Below are positions 1 to 10,906 of a DNA stretch of 64,000 bases, in pieces; within the stretch, counting starts at the first letter, position 1, and the number at the start of each line of letters is the position of its first letter. A program made the translations under genes and the position numbers. The DNA is from Candidatus Cryptobacteroides sp. (lineage in GTDB: Bacteria; Bacteroidota; Bacteroidia; Bacteroidales; UBA932), in assembly GCA_029257745.1 (NCBI GenBank), contig JARIAS010000075.1:4165-68164 (forward strand), read 5' to 3'. Under the pieces are notes generated by a model, which did no database searches, had not been told where the DNA came from, and was given only the letters and a program-made list of their open reading frames with translations.

Positions 1-1462
1 AAATCATCTGTAATATTATATGAGGCATTTACTGTTCCTGAAAATCTCTTAAAACCTGAACCTACCACTAAGCCTTTATCATTCATATAACCTAGTCCCA
101 AATAATAGGTAGATTTATCATTACCACCATCAAATGATAAGCTGTAATCTTGAATACTACTTGGCTGATAGAATAAATTATTAAATTTATTCTCCATAAA
201 AATCAAGTCTTTATCAGAAAGAGGATCCTTCATTTTCATCCAGCCCTCTCTGTCTAATAAATATTTATTATTCTCATCTAAGAACATAGTAGTATAGATA
301 GAGTTTGTAGTATTATTACCAGTAGCGGCAGAATTTTGACCATCAAGGAATGCTCCGAAATTAGAATCACCTCTAACCATACGAGTATTTCTGACTGCCA
401 TACGGTTAAACTTAACATAATCAGCTGCACCTAAATACTGCATCTTATCTTTCTTAGGCTGATTCAATGTATATTTTGAACGGAAAGTAATATGAGAACT
501 TCCTTTTTTTCCTTTCTTTGTAGTCACTATTACTACACCATTAGCAGCTCTTGCTCCATAAATAGCAGTTGATGCAGCATCTTTCAAGACTTCTATGGAC
601 TGAATATCATCAGAGTTTAGAGCATAGAAAGAACCTGGAACACCATCAATTAAAATTAGTGGCGTTCCAGAGCCATCAAAGCCTGTACCACCACGTAATT
701 GTATAGAAGGAGTACTTCCCGGCTGTCCAGTTGTTTGAACGACCTTAAGACCAGCGATTGTTCCTTGTAAGGCAGTAGCTGGATTAGAACGTGACGCACT
801 TTCTAATACTTTAGTATCCAGTTTAGCGACAGCTGTGGTCATTTGCTTACGAGACTGTGTAGAGTATCCAGTTACTACAATCTCTCCAAGCTCTTCTGTA
901 TTAGACAATAACTTGACATTTAGAGTTGAAGATAATACAGTCCTAACTTGAGGTTTGAGACCTATAAAAGCATATAACAGATTTTCTCCTTTATAGACTT
1001 TTAGGCTATAATTTCCATCTATATCTGTAATTGTTCCTGAATTATTTTGTAAAGATGTTACGGAAACTCCTATCAAAGGCTCTCCTTGTTCATCAACAAC
1101 TTTACCCTTAAGTTCTAGAGTATTTTTATCTTGAGCGACTTTCTTAAATAGATAAATCTCATTACCTACAACTTTATAATCTATATCCGTATTGTACAAG
1201 ATATCATTCAAAAGATCTTTTATTGTTACATTTTTAAGATTAACGTCATTTACTAAAAAAGAAGATAATGACTCATCATATATAATGTCATATTTAGAAG
1301 CATCCTTTACTTTCTGCCTAAGCTGAGAAAGCGTATTCTGCTTTGTTTTAAGTGTTACTTGTGCATTAGCTCTACCCCCCCCATTATGAAAAAGAAGAGC
1401 AATATAGTCAATATTTTACTAAAACACAAGCAATTTAATGTGAAACGATAATTGTTACTCAT
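1..1462 (-). CDS. SusC/RagA-family TonB-dependent outer-membrane receptor, N-terminal ~480 codons. The rest lies beyond the window start. As sequenced, the start codon and signal peptide are out of frame with the body.
   Basis: Own translation of the minus strand; there is no ORF-track entry because it runs off the window. Signal part: MSNNYRFTLNCLCFSKILTILLFFFIMGG, then TAG. Body in the next frame: RANAQVTLKTKQNTLSQLRQKVKDASKYDIIYDESL... (STN-like domain), KGKVVDEQGEPLIGVSVTS..TDIDGNYSL (carboxypeptidase-regulatory-like), then plug (IEVLKDAASTAIYGARAANGVVIVTTKKG) and the SusC-type DYSLSFDGGNDKSTYYLGLGY. Confidence 0.8.
1376..1382 (-). repeat. C7 homopolymer (G7 on the coding strand) at the signal-peptide/mature-protein junction of the SusC-like gene
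   Basis: Read directly: ...ctctaCCCCCCCattatg.... The frame change between the ATG-initiated signal peptide and the receptor body occurs exactly in this run. Confidence 0.9.
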
Positions 1463-1774
1463 AAATTAAACGTTATTAGTTTGGTTAATAATTCTTATAT
1501 CTTAACAAAGATACGTATAATCTCTGACAATACAAAACGTTTTATACTTTTATTCCTTATTTACCTATATAATAATCACCGCAAATAATAAGCAGTTTAC
1601 TTTTTCAAATTCAGCAAAAACAGTCTAGCATACTACTTGCAATACATTTAATATAAAATCTAGACATAGTAATTATTTTAATAAATATCCAGAAGCAGAC
1701 TCAGTATTGCAGAACAATTATATATACCTTACCTTTTTTCTCCAACACTATCTTAATAAATATACTTAGCCCAT

Positions 1775-4609
1775 TTATGTCAAGGACTTTCTATAATATT
1801 CAGCAGTGGCTGTATTTTGCTGAAGCAAGTCCTCTGGCCTACCCTCAAACACAATTTCACCACCCTTATCACCTGCATCAGGGCCTAGTTCTATAAGCCA
1901 ATCTGCAGATTTTATAACTTCCATATTATGCTCTACTACAAGCACACTATGCCCCATTTGTATTAAGGCATCCAAGGATTTTAGTAGTTTCTCAACATCA
2001 TAAAAATGTAGTCCTGTTGTAGGCTCGTCAAATATAAATAGGTTCTTTTCTTTTTTATCATTCATAGCCAGATAGTATGCTAATTTTACTCGCTGACTCT
2101 CACCTCCGGAAAGACTGCTACTGCTTTGACCAAGTTTAATATAGGATAAACCCACATCCTCTAGAATCCTCAATTTCTGCACTATCTTCAAACATTCTGG
2201 TTCTTGTCCATCAGAAAAAAAGTCAATCGCCTCTGACACAGACATATTTAAAATATCGTCTATATTTTTAGCCTTATATCTTACCTCAAGAATATCAGGC
2301 TTAAATCTCTTGCCTCCACATGATTCACACAACATCTTCACATCTGCCATAAACTGCATATCCACATTTATATAGCCCTCTCCTTGACATTGTGGACAAC
2401 GTCCACCCTCTTGATTAAATGAAAAATAAGCTGCTGTATAGCCATTCATTTTTGCATAGTGCTGAGCTGCAAATAACTTTCTAATTTCATCATATATTTT
2501 CAGATAGGTTGCGGCATTAGACCTTGAACTAGTCCCTATTGGATTTTGTTCCACATATATAATTTTTTGTATTCTGTCTATATTACCCGATAACTTTTTA
2601 AATAAGCCGGGTGCATCGCCTACCTCTGATATATGTCTAATCAATGCAGGATATAAAATATCCCGTACCAAAGTAGATTTACCACTGCCACTCACACCAC
2701 TAATAACAGTAAGTACAGACAAAGGTATTTTCACATTTATATTCTTCAAATTATGCTCTCTTGCCCCTTCTACGCCTATATAATACTGCCAAGTCCTTTT
2801 CTCTCTGGAATAGGGCTTCCTATCAGATAATAAATATTGAAGAGTCAATGACTTAGATATATCTTCTGAAGAAATCCTATCAGACAAAGAACCTTGAAAA
2901 ACCAATTGTCCACCATGAATGCCTGCTAATGGCCCAATATCTATAATGGTATCAGCAGCCCTCATTATCTCCTCATCATGTTCAACTACAATTACAGTAT
3001 TGCCTATATCCCTCAACTTTTTCAAAACCTTAATTAGCCGTGCCGTATCACGTGAATGCAAACCTATACTAGGTTCATCTAATATATACATAGAACCTAC
3101 TAGAGAGCTAGCTAATGCTGTAACTAAATTTATCCTTTGCATCTCTCCTCCGGATAAGGTGTTACAGGTCCTGCTTAACGTCAAGTAAGAAAGCCCTACA
3201 TCTCCAAGACATTCTAGTCTATAAATTATCTCTTGCTTAGCCTTTGCTATAATCTTTTCCTCGCTAGGACTAAGCACAATATTCTTAAAAAAATATAACA
3301 ATTCCTCAACTGTCATAGACAGAAGCTGATGTATATCCTTACCTGCTATCTTTGCATATAAAGCTTCCTTTCTCAAACGACTGCCCTTACAAGAGTAACA
3401 AGTAGTCCTACCTGAAAATCTATCTAATATAAAACGAAATTGTATCTTATATCTCTTACTTTCTACCCAACGAAAAAACTCATTTATACCTATCAACCTA
3501 TCTTCATCATTATCAGAAGGAATCCCTTCCCAAATAATATCCTTAACCTTTTGACTAAGTTCATAATATGGCTTAAAAATCGGTATACCATACTTATCTG
3601 CAAGACGTATAAGCCTCTCCTTAGGCTCAGACATTTTTGCCCCCCTCCAACAAGCTATTGCACCATCATATATAGAAAGGCTCTTATCTGGTATTACTAA
3701 ATCCTCACTGACTCCTATTATTTTTCCCAAGCCTCCACACACAGGACAGGCACCCAAAGGACTATTAAAACTAAAAAGATACTCATCGGGCTTTTTAAAC
3801 TGCATACCATCTGCCTCAAAATTAGCACTGAATGTTTCCAATTTATCATCTAACAATAATGTAACATGCTCATTAGAACGAGCGTAACAGGCATCTATCG
3901 AAGAAGCTAATCGCATGTATAAGGCTTCATCGAAAACATTTACAGACTCATTTAATTTAAATCTATCCACAAGCAGATACAAGCTTGTATTATAAGTCGT
4001 AACATCCTGTATTACATCTTCTATACGAACAAGTCCTCCAGTGCCGGCATTATCATCATACTGATAGAGACGAACATAGCCCTGTTCTTTCAAATCTAAC
4101 AACAATAGCACCCTCTGAGTTTGGTCCAAATCCTTCCAATCTAGATCAGATAAAATATAAACCAGAGAAGCCTTACTACTTGCTATATATGATATAACAT
4201 CTTTTGTGCTATATGCCTTAACCTCCTTATTAGATATTGGGGAATATGTTTTAGCTATTCTAGCAAAAATCAATCTAAGATAATCATATATCTCTGTGCT
4301 TGTCGCAACGCTTGAACGAGGGTTCTTTACATTCACCTTCTGTTCTATTGCTATTGCAGGGGCTATGCCCACTATACTATCCACATTAGGTTTAGTCATT
4401 CTGCCTAAAAACTGTCTAGCATATGAGGACAAACTCTCTGCAAAACGCCTCTGTCCTTCAGCAAATAAGGTATCAAAGGCCAAAGAGGATTTACCTGAGC
4501 CTGAAACACCTGTAATTACTACAAACTGATTGCGTAAAATATCAATATCCAAGTTTTTTAGATTATTTACTTTTGCACCTTTGATTGAGATATAAGACTT
4601 ATCTGCCAT
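1775..4609 (-). CDS. uvrA: Excinuclease ABC subunit A (UvrA)
   Basis: 944 aa. Two ABC modules with Walker A GVSGSGKSSLAFDTLFAEGQRRF and GVSGSGKSTL, two LSGGE(M/S)QR signatures, and Cys-pair zinc modules (CPVCGG, CPQCQGEG). Confidence 0.95.
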   Translation of the reverse strand: MADKSYISIKGAKVNNLKNLDIDILRNQFVVITGVSGSGKSSLAFDTLFAEGQRRFAESLSSYARQFLGRMTKPNVDSIVGIAPAIAIEQKVNVKNPRSSVATSTEIYDYLRLIFARIAKTYSPISNKEVKAYSTKDVISYIASSKASLVYILSDLDWKDLDQTQRVLLLLDLKEQGYVRLYQYDDNAGTGGLVRIEDVIQDVTTYNTSLYLLVDRFKLNESVNVFDEALYMRLASSIDACYARSNEHVTLLLDDKLETFSANFEADGMQFKKPDEYLFSFNSPLGACPVCGGLGKIIGVSEDLVIPDKSLSIYDGAIACWRGAKMSEPKERLIRLADKYGIPIFKPYYELSQKVKDIIWEGIPSDNDEDRLIGINEFFRWVESKRYKIQFRFILDRFSGRTTCYSCKGSRLRKEALYAKIAGKDIHQLLSMTVEELLYFFKNIVLSPSEEKIIAKAKQEIIYRLECLGDVGLSYLTLSRTCNTLSGGEMQRINLVTALASSLVGSMYILDEPSIGLHSRDTARLIKVLKKLRDIGNTVIVVEHDEEIMRAADTIIDIGPLAGIHGGQLVFQGSLSDRISSEDISKSLTLQYLLSDRKPYSREKRTWQYYIGVEGAREHNLKNINVKIPLSVLTVISGVSGSGKSTLVRDILYPALIRHISEVGDAPGLFKKLSGNIDRIQKIIYVEQNPIGTSSRSNAATYLKIYDEIRKLFAAQHYAKMNGYTAAYFSFNQEGGRCPQCQGEGYINVDMQFMADVKMLCESCGGKRFKPDILEVRYKAKNIDDILNMSVSEAIDFFSDGQEPECLKIVQKLRILEDVGLSYIKLGQSSSSLSGGESQRVKLAYYLAMNDKKEKNLFIFDEPTTGLHFYDVEKLLKSLDALIQMGHSVLVVEHNMEVIKSADWLIELGPDAGDKGGEIVFEGRPEDLLQQNTATAEYYRKSLT

Positions 4610-4662
4610 ATATTAAAGTATGTTTATAATTAACACAAAGATAATTGTTTTTATACAATGAG

Positions 4663-4692
4663 AAAAAGCTCTCAGAATATATCTGAAAGCTT
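4663..4692 (-). terminator. Rho-independent terminator downstream of clpB
   Basis: Hairpin aagctctcaga-atata-tctgaaagctt (one mismatch), followed by a T-run on the minus strand. Confidence 0.6.
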
Positions 4693-4737
4693 CCTAACTA
4701 TTTATTTAAATTTCATCTAATTAGCAATTATTCTTAG

Positions 4738-6891
4738 CTAGTTGTTAAATATAATATCGCCGCTATCATTAACATCTACAATAATAGGCTTGTCACTAGC
4801 AAGATTATCTGCAATAATAGCCTTAGACAACTGATTTAACAATTCTCTTTGCAACACTCTTTTTAAAGCCCTTGCACCAAACTCTGGACTAAATCCCAAA
4901 GCTGTCAATCTTTCTATTGCCTTATCAGTATATGACAAATTAATATTATTCTTATTTAATTGCTTTGATATCAAATTTAATTGCAAGGATACAATACTTG
5001 CTATTTCCTTCTTATTAAGAGGACTAAAGACAACTATTTCATCTATCCTATTTAAAAACTCTGGACGCATAGATTGCTTCAACAAGTTAAGAACAGAGAC
5101 TCTTGCCTCTTCTATCAATTGTTGCTGGTTCGAGTCATTGATTTTTTGCATACTTGCATTAATAATAGAACTTCCCAAATTAGATGTCATTATAATAATA
5201 GTATTCTTAAAATTAACAACATGTCCCTTATTATCTGTAAGACGCCCGTCATCTAATACTTGAAGCAACAAATTAAATACATCAGGATGAGCCTTTTCTA
5301 TCTCATCAAATAAAACAACTGAATAAGGTTTTCTTCTGACGGCCTCTGTAAGCTGACCACCCTCATCATAGCCTACATAACCTGGAGGAGCTCCTATAAG
5401 ACGTGTTGCAGAAAATTTTTCCTGATACTCACTCATATCTATACGAGTCATCATATTCTCATCATCGAATAGTGTCTCTGCCAATGCCCTTGCAAGCTCT
5501 GTTTTGCCCACACCTGTTGTACCTAAAAATATAAAACTACCAATAGGCCTTTTAGGGTCTTGCAATCCTGCACGTGAGCGTCTAATTGCATCAGAAACAG
5601 CACGTATAGCCTCATCTTGACCTACAACACGCTTGTGTAACTCTTCCTCCAATGATAACAACTTTTCCCTTTCACTTTTCATCATTCGGCTAACAGGTAT
5701 ACCTGTCCAACGTGCGACAATCTCTGCAATATCATCTGCTGAGACTTCCTCCTTAATCATAGCCTCACCATTACGCAAGTGCTCAAGTCTTTTATACTCC
5801 TGCTCTATATTACGGCTTAAAGCATCTATCTTTCCATACCGTATCTCTGCAACACTACCATAATCCCCCTCACGTTCAGCACGTTCTGCTTTTAAGCTTA
5901 GTTGTTCTATTTCATATTTTTTCTGCTGTATACTATCTATTATTTCTTTTTCAGCCCTCCAGCGTTTTGTCACTTGTGCTTCCTGCTCTTTAAGTAGCTC
6001 TATTTCCTTAGATAAGTCTTCTAATTTAGACTTATTGTCTTCCCTCTTGATTGCCTCTCTTTCAATCTCTAACTGTTTAATTTTACGATTAAGATTATCC
6101 AAATCTTCAGGCATAGAGTCTATCTGTATACGCAATCTTGCAGCGGCCTCATCTATAAGGTCAATAGCCTTATCAGGCAAAAATCTATCAGATATATACC
6201 TTTGTGATAAACTTACGGCAGAGATAATGGCCTCATCTAAAATTCTCACCTTATGATGATTCTCATAACGTTCCTTCAATCCACGTAGAATTGATATAGA
6301 AGCCAACTCATCAGGTTCATCGATGGTGACTGTCTGAAATCGTCTCTCAAGAGCCTTATCTTTTTCAAAATATTTACGATACTCATCTAAAGTAGTAGCT
6401 CCAATTGCTCTTAGCTCTCCCCTTGCTAGTGCAGGTTTAAGAATATTTGCGGCATCCAAGGTTCCTGCTCCTGCCCCTGCCCCAACTAAGGTATGAATCT
6501 CATCTATAAACAATATAATTTCTCCTTGACTTTCAACTACTTCCTTTATTACAGACTTTAATCTTTCCTCAAATTCACCTTGGTATTTTGCACCTGCTAT
6601 CAAGGCACCCATATCTAATGAATATATTCTCTTATTCTTAAGATTTTCAGGAACATCTCCCCTTACTATACGATAGGCCAAACCCTCTGCGATAGCAGTC
6701 TTACCCACACCGGGTTCACCTATTAAAATAGGATTATTCTTAGTCCTTCGAGAAAGAATCTGCAAAACCCTACGTATCTCCTCATCTCTTCCAATAACTG
6801 GATCTAATTTACCATCTGATGCACTCTTGCATAGATCTCTAGCATATTTAGACAATGCTTCAGTATGCTTTGTTTGTTCTTGATAACTCAT
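4738..6891 (-). CDS. clpB: ClpB-type AAA+ disaggregase lacking the N-terminal Clp_N domain
   Basis: Two AAA+ modules ([15 protein letters not shown]; [15 protein letters not shown]) separated by a long coiled-coil M-domain (…[15 protein letters not shown]…[11 protein letters not shown]…). The protein begins about 30 residues before the [13 protein letters not shown] motif. ATG at 6891 preferred over the TTG at 6915 used by the ORF track. Confidence 0.9.
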   Translation of the reverse strand: MSYQEQTKHTEALSKYARDLCKSASDGKLDPVIGRDEEIRRVLQILSRRTKNNPILIGEPGVGKTAIAEGLAYRIVRGDVPENLKNKRIYSLDMGALIAGAKYQGEFEERLKSVIKEVVESQGEIILFIDEIHTLVGAGAGAGTLDAANILKPALARGELRAIGATTLDEYRKYFEKDKALERRFQTVTIDEPDELASISILRGLKERYENHHKVRILDEAIISAVSLSQRYISDRFLPDKAIDLIDEAAARLRIQIDSMPEDLDNLNRKIKQLEIEREAIKREDNKSKLEDLSKEIELLKEQEAQVTKRWRAEKEIIDSIQQKKYEIEQLSLKAERAEREGDYGSVAEIRYGKIDALSRNIEQEYKRLEHLRNGEAMIKEEVSADDIAEIVARWTGIPVSRMMKSEREKLLSLEEELHKRVVGQDEAIRAVSDAIRRSRAGLQDPKRPIGSFIFLGTTGVGKTELARALAETLFDDENMMTRIDMSEYQEKFSATRLIGAPPGYVGYDEGGQLTEAVRRKPYSVVLFDEIEKAHPDVFNLLLQVLDDGRLTDNKGHVVNFKNTIIIMTSNLGSSIINASMQKINDSNQQQLIEEARVSVLNLLKQSMRPEFLNRIDEIVVFSPLNKKEIASIVSLQLNLISKQLNKNNINLSYTDKAIERLTALGFSPEFGARALKRVLQRELLNQLSKAIIADNLASDKPIIVDVNDSGDIIFNN

Positions 6892-6957
6892 ATATAAATC
6901 TCCTTTTTTATTCAATTTTTACTGTATAAAAAACAAGGAATATACCATATAGGCTAT

Positions 6958-7028
6958 ATATGACTTTTTAACAAACTCATATGACTTTTTGTCGTTTTTA
7001 CTTATAAAAAGATGCAACTTTGTCATAT
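6958..7028 (-). promoter_or_regulatory. Candidate operator/promoter element upstream of clpB, with three ATATGAC half-sites
   Basis: Plus strand: ATATGACTTTTT at 6958-6969 and again at 6979-6990 (21-nt spacing). Inverted GTCATAT at 7022-7028. 6979-6993 reads ATATGAC-TTT-TTGTC, matching 37220-37234 upstream of groES. Confidence 0.4.
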
Positions 7029-7171
7029 ATTTAAGCGATAAAATCTCTCAACATACAGACTATGCAAAAAATAAGGGAATAAATTTTATCTAATTAAAAC
7101 AATAGAATATCACAATATAAACACTGAATATATAATCTACTTTCTAAAACACTTAGCTAATATACACAATT

Positions 7172-7198
7172 AGGGCTGAAAGATTATCTTCCAGCCCT
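7172..7198 (-). terminator. Stem-loop downstream of the DUF3298-like lipoprotein gene
   Basis: agggctgaaag-attat-cttccagccct (one mismatch). No clear T-run on the minus strand. Confidence 0.4.
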
Positions 7199-7347
7199 AT
7201 AATATAACTTTCTACTTTAAATCCTGATTAACATTACATAAAAAGTATAAAGTTAAACTAGTCTAAATACCGACAAGGTTCACACTTGATACAAATGTAG
7301 TATATATACTTAAGAAACAAGGCTCAAGTGCTTTAGACTGCAACGAC

Positions 7348-8091
7348 CTATTTAAGTAAAGATTTCAAATCCTTCCAAGGCAAAGATAATTCAATAGTTC
7401 CTAGATAATATGGAGCAATCTCATAGGGATTAAACACATATACCAAAGCCTCATCTGTCATATAGAAGTTTGAATTAGCACGTACGTTTTGATCCATTAC
7501 ATAATCATCGCCGACATTATCCTTAAAATACTTCTGTGCAACACTCTCTAGTAAGTTATTTAAGACTTCCTCTGTTCCTTCCTTAAATAAATCTTCCTCA
7601 CTTATCACCTTACCATCATTATTTAAGACAAAGCATCTTGTATTGCTAATTCCATGAGCTCCACCTAAATAAGACTCTGTATATAGCTTATAAGAAAAAT
7701 ATTTTTCATATTTTGGTAAAAACTCACCTGCTACATAATAAGACCAAGATGCACCTACGCTTTCCTCTGCATTATCATATAATTCTCTGTTGGCCTTAAT
7801 CAAATTATCTGAGATACAATCTGCTAAATTTTCCACAGCTAATTCATTTGCATCTAAACCTATAACTGCTAGGCTTTGATATACTATACTATCATTAAAA
7901 GCCTTTATTGCATCTTGCGAGAAGCCTGATACTATATACTCTAAATCAAAATTAAGGTCCAAACTATCCTGACGATTTTCTGATATAAGTACACTATCTT
8001 GGCTTTGCAACTTGCTTGTTGTAATCTTAGTTGTACAAGAAAAGGCGAAAAGAAGACTAACGAATAGTCCTAAAATTGTAATTTTTTTCAT
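7348..8091 (-). CDS. Lipoprotein, DUF3298/DUF4163-like (RsiV/PdaC-type domain)
   Basis: Lipobox signal MKKITILGLFVSLLFAFSC and a YLGGAHG motif typical of DUF3298. ATG at 8091 chosen rather than the upstream ORF-track start. Confidence 0.5.
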   Translation of the reverse strand: MKKITILGLFVSLLFAFSCTTKITTSKLQSQDSVLISENRQDSLDLNFDLEYIVSGFSQDAIKAFNDSIVYQSLAVIGLDANELAVENLADCISDNLIKANRELYDNAEESVGASWSYYVAGEFLPKYEKYFSYKLYTESYLGGAHGISNTRCFVLNNDGKVISEEDLFKEGTEEVLNNLLESVAQKYFKDNVGDDYVMDQNVRANSNFYMTDEALVYVFNPYEIAPYYLGTIELSLPWKDLKSLLK

Positions 8092-8258
8092 AATGTATAT
8101 TTTATCTTTATATCTCAATTTAATAATCATTACAAATATAGATATTATAGTGCAAAACTAATGAATAATTTTGCAGCAAAATTGCTTATAAAACTACGTA
8201 TTACTATATAAATAGAAGCAATAGCACAATAGTATAATGTCTTTTATGGAAAATTCAC

Positions 8259-8266
8259 TAACTTTG
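8259..8266 (+). promoter_or_regulatory. Bacteroidota sigma-A -7 motif (TAnnTTTG) upstream of trpS
   Basis: TAACTTTG, 17 nt before the ATG at 8283. Confidence 0.5.
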
Positions 8267-8282
8267 AGCAAATTTTTTGAGT

Positions 8283-9398
8283 ATGAAAGAAAAGAAAATT
8301 ATTCTGACAGGAGATCGTCCTACAGGCAGACTTCATATAGGGCATTATGTAGGTTCATTAAGAAATAGAGTAATGCTACAAAATCAAGGAGATTACGACA
8401 AGATGTTTGTGTTTATTGCTGATGCACAAGCTCTTACTGACAATATGGATAATCCTGAAAAGGTTAGACAAAATGTGATTGAAGTAGCTTTAGACTACCT
8501 TGCAGTAGGCTTAAATCCAAATAAAAGCACATTATTCATTCAAAGCCAGATACCAGAGCTTACTGAGCTTGCATTTTACTTTATGAATATTGTTACTGTT
8601 GCAAGACTTCAACGTAACCCTACTGTGAAGTCTGAAATAAAGATGAGAGGCTTTAACAATGAAGAACAAAGCAATTTTGGCTCAGGATTGCCTGTTGGCT
8701 TTTTCACATACCCAATATCTCAAGCTGCTGATATAACTGCATTTAAAGCCAATATCGTACCTGCTGGTGAAGACCAAAAGCCTATGATAGAACAGTGTAC
8801 CGAGATTGTCAGAAAATTTAATAGCATTTATGGAGAGACATTAGTTGAGCCACAAATAATGCTACCTGGCAACGAGGCTTGTATGAGGCTGCCTGGCACA
8901 GATGGAAAGGCTAAGATGTCTAAATCTCTTAATAATTGCATATACCTTTCAGATAGTGCAGATGAACTAAGAAAAAAGGTGATGTCTATGTATACCGATC
9001 CCCTTCATCTAAATGTTTCAGATCCCGGACATATAGAAGGTAATACTGTTTTCACCTATCTTGATGCCTTTTGTACTAATGAACATTTTGCAAACTATCT
9101 TCCTGATTACGCAAACTTAGATGAGTTGAAAGCTCATTACATGAGAGGGGGTCTAGGTGATGTTAAATGTAAAAAATTCTTGGAAAAAGTATTAAATGAG
9201 ACTCTAGAACCTATAAGAAATAGAAGAAAAGAGTTTGAATCTGATATACCTAGTATATATGAGATATTTAGACAAGGCTGTGAAAATGCAAGAGAAGCAG
9301 CAGCACAGACGATTGATGAAGTCAAGAAAGCTATGAGAATCACCTATTTTGATGACAAAGAACTAATAGAAGAACAAAGCATAAAATATAAAGCATAA
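8283..9398 (+). CDS. trpS: Tryptophan--tRNA ligase
   Basis: Class I motifs: [17 protein letters not shown] (HIGH) and KMSKS. About 370 aa. Confidence 0.93.
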   Translation: MKEKKIILTGDRPTGRLHIGHYVGSLRNRVMLQNQGDYDKMFVFIADAQALTDNMDNPEKVRQNVIEVALDYLAVGLNPNKSTLFIQSQIPELTELAFYFMNIVTVARLQRNPTVKSEIKMRGFNNEEQSNFGSGLPVGFFTYPISQAADITAFKANIVPAGEDQKPMIEQCTEIVRKFNSIYGETLVEPQIMLPGNEACMRLPGTDGKAKMSKSLNNCIYLSDSADELRKKVMSMYTDPLHLNVSDPGHIEGNTVFTYLDAFCTNEHFANYLPDYANLDELKAHYMRGGLGDVKCKKFLEKVLNETLEPIRNRRKEFESDIPSIYEIFRQGCENAREAAAQTIDEVKKAMRITYFDDKELIEEQSIKYKA

Positions 9399-9410
9399 AT
9401 AAAGGATACA

Positions 9411-10844
9411 ATGAAAAAAACAAAGATAGTCGCAACAATCTCTGATCTTAAATGCGATGAGGCTTTTATTAAAGCCTTAGTTGATGAAGGTGTAAATGTA
9501 CTTAGGCTTAACTCTGCCCATATGAAAGATGATGGATTTGACAGAGTAATAGCTAATACAAAAGCTATTAGCAAACAAATTGCAATACTTGTAGATACAA
9601 AGGGACCTGAAATCAGAACTACTGCATCGGACAAGCCTTTAATGCTAAAAGCAGGAGAAAAAATTAAAATTGTTGCAAGACCTGAAGATAAAACTACAGA
9701 AGAAGCAATTGCTGTAAATTTCTCAGGTTTTGTTGCAGATGTACCTGTTGGTGCTCATATCTTGATTGATGATGGTTTGATAGACTTGCTTGTAGAAGAT
9801 AAAAATGATGAGGCACTTTTCTGCAACATAGTAAACGACGGAGAATTAGGTTCTAGAAAGACTGTCAATGTTCCCGGTGTAAAAATCTTCCTACCATCTC
9901 TTTCTGAAAGAGACAAAAAAGTTATAGAGTATTGTGTTAACCACGAAGTTGATTTTATAGCTCACTCTTTTGTAAGGGATAAACACGATATACTTGCCAT
10001 ACAAGAGATACTTGATAAACACAATAGTAAAATAAAAATCATAGCTAAGATTGAAAATCAGCAAGGTGTTGATAATATTGATGAAATTATTGATGTAGCA
10101 TATGGAGTAATGGTAGCAAGAGGAGATCTTGGAATAGAAATTCCTCAAGAAAGGATACCTTCAATACAAACACATATAATAAATAGCTGTATATCAAAAA
10201 GAAAGCCTGTAATTGTAGCAACTCAAATGTTGCACTCTATGATAAATTATCCTAGACCAACCAGGGCTGAAGTAAGCGATGTAGCAAATGCTATATTACA
10301 ACATAGTGATGCTGTTATGCTTAGTGGAGAAACTGCGTATGGAAAATATCCAATTGAAGCTGTTCGAACAATGACTAAAATCATTGAAGAAGCTGAAGCA
10401 AGCCACTACTATCACACAGATTTTAAAGATGTACACGACAGCAATACTAATGTCACAAGTTACCTTGCAAAACAAGCTGTTAAAAGCATAAGAGAGCTTG
10501 GTGTAAAGGCTATCATAACTGATAGTTACACAGGAGCTACTGCTAGACATTTATCAGCCTTTAGAGGAAAGGCTCCTGTATATGCAATTTGCTATAATGA
10601 AGAAGTATCTAGATTACTAGCATTATCATACGGAATATTCCCTGTGTATCAAAAAAGAATAGGAAGTAGAAGAGACTATTATATCAGAGCATTAAAGAAC
10701 CTGCTTAGGTTAAAAATGATTGATAATAATGATCTTATCTCATACATAGGTGGCAGTTTAGATGAAAGTCTTGGTGCTAACTCTATTGAAATTAATACTA
10801 GCATAGACGCAATCAAGTACTACGAAAGACAAAATAATGATTAA
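9411..10844 (+). CDS. pyk: Pyruvate kinase
   Basis: MKKTKIVATI..., LNSAHM, DTKGPEIRT, MVARGDLGIEIP, and a C-terminal regulatory domain. 477 aa. Confidence 0.93.
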   Translation: MKKTKIVATISDLKCDEAFIKALVDEGVNVLRLNSAHMKDDGFDRVIANTKAISKQIAILVDTKGPEIRTTASDKPLMLKAGEKIKIVARPEDKTTEEAIAVNFSGFVADVPVGAHILIDDGLIDLLVEDKNDEALFCNIVNDGELGSRKTVNVPGVKIFLPSLSERDKKVIEYCVNHEVDFIAHSFVRDKHDILAIQEILDKHNSKIKIIAKIENQQGVDNIDEIIDVAYGVMVARGDLGIEIPQERIPSIQTHIINSCISKRKPVIVATQMLHSMINYPRPTRAEVSDVANAILQHSDAVMLSGETAYGKYPIEAVRTMTKIIEEAEASHYYHTDFKDVHDSNTNVTSYLAKQAVKSIRELGVKAIITDSYTGATARHLSAFRGKAPVYAICYNEEVSRLLALSYGIFPVYQKRIGSRRDYYIRALKNLLRLKMIDNNDLISYIGGSLDESLGANSIEINTSIDAIKYYERQNND

Positions 10845-10863
10845 TTAATATCTATTACAAAAT

Positions 10864-10894
10864 AAAAGGCTGGAACAGTTTGTTCCAGCCTTTT
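10864..10894. terminator. Bidirectional rho-independent terminator between convergent pyk and the S9 peptidase gene
   Basis: Perfect 14-bp stem aaaaggctggaaca/tgttccagcctttt with a 3-nt loop. A-run on one side and T-run on the other. Confidence 0.8.
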
Positions 10895-10906
10895 ATTTTA
10901 ATACTA

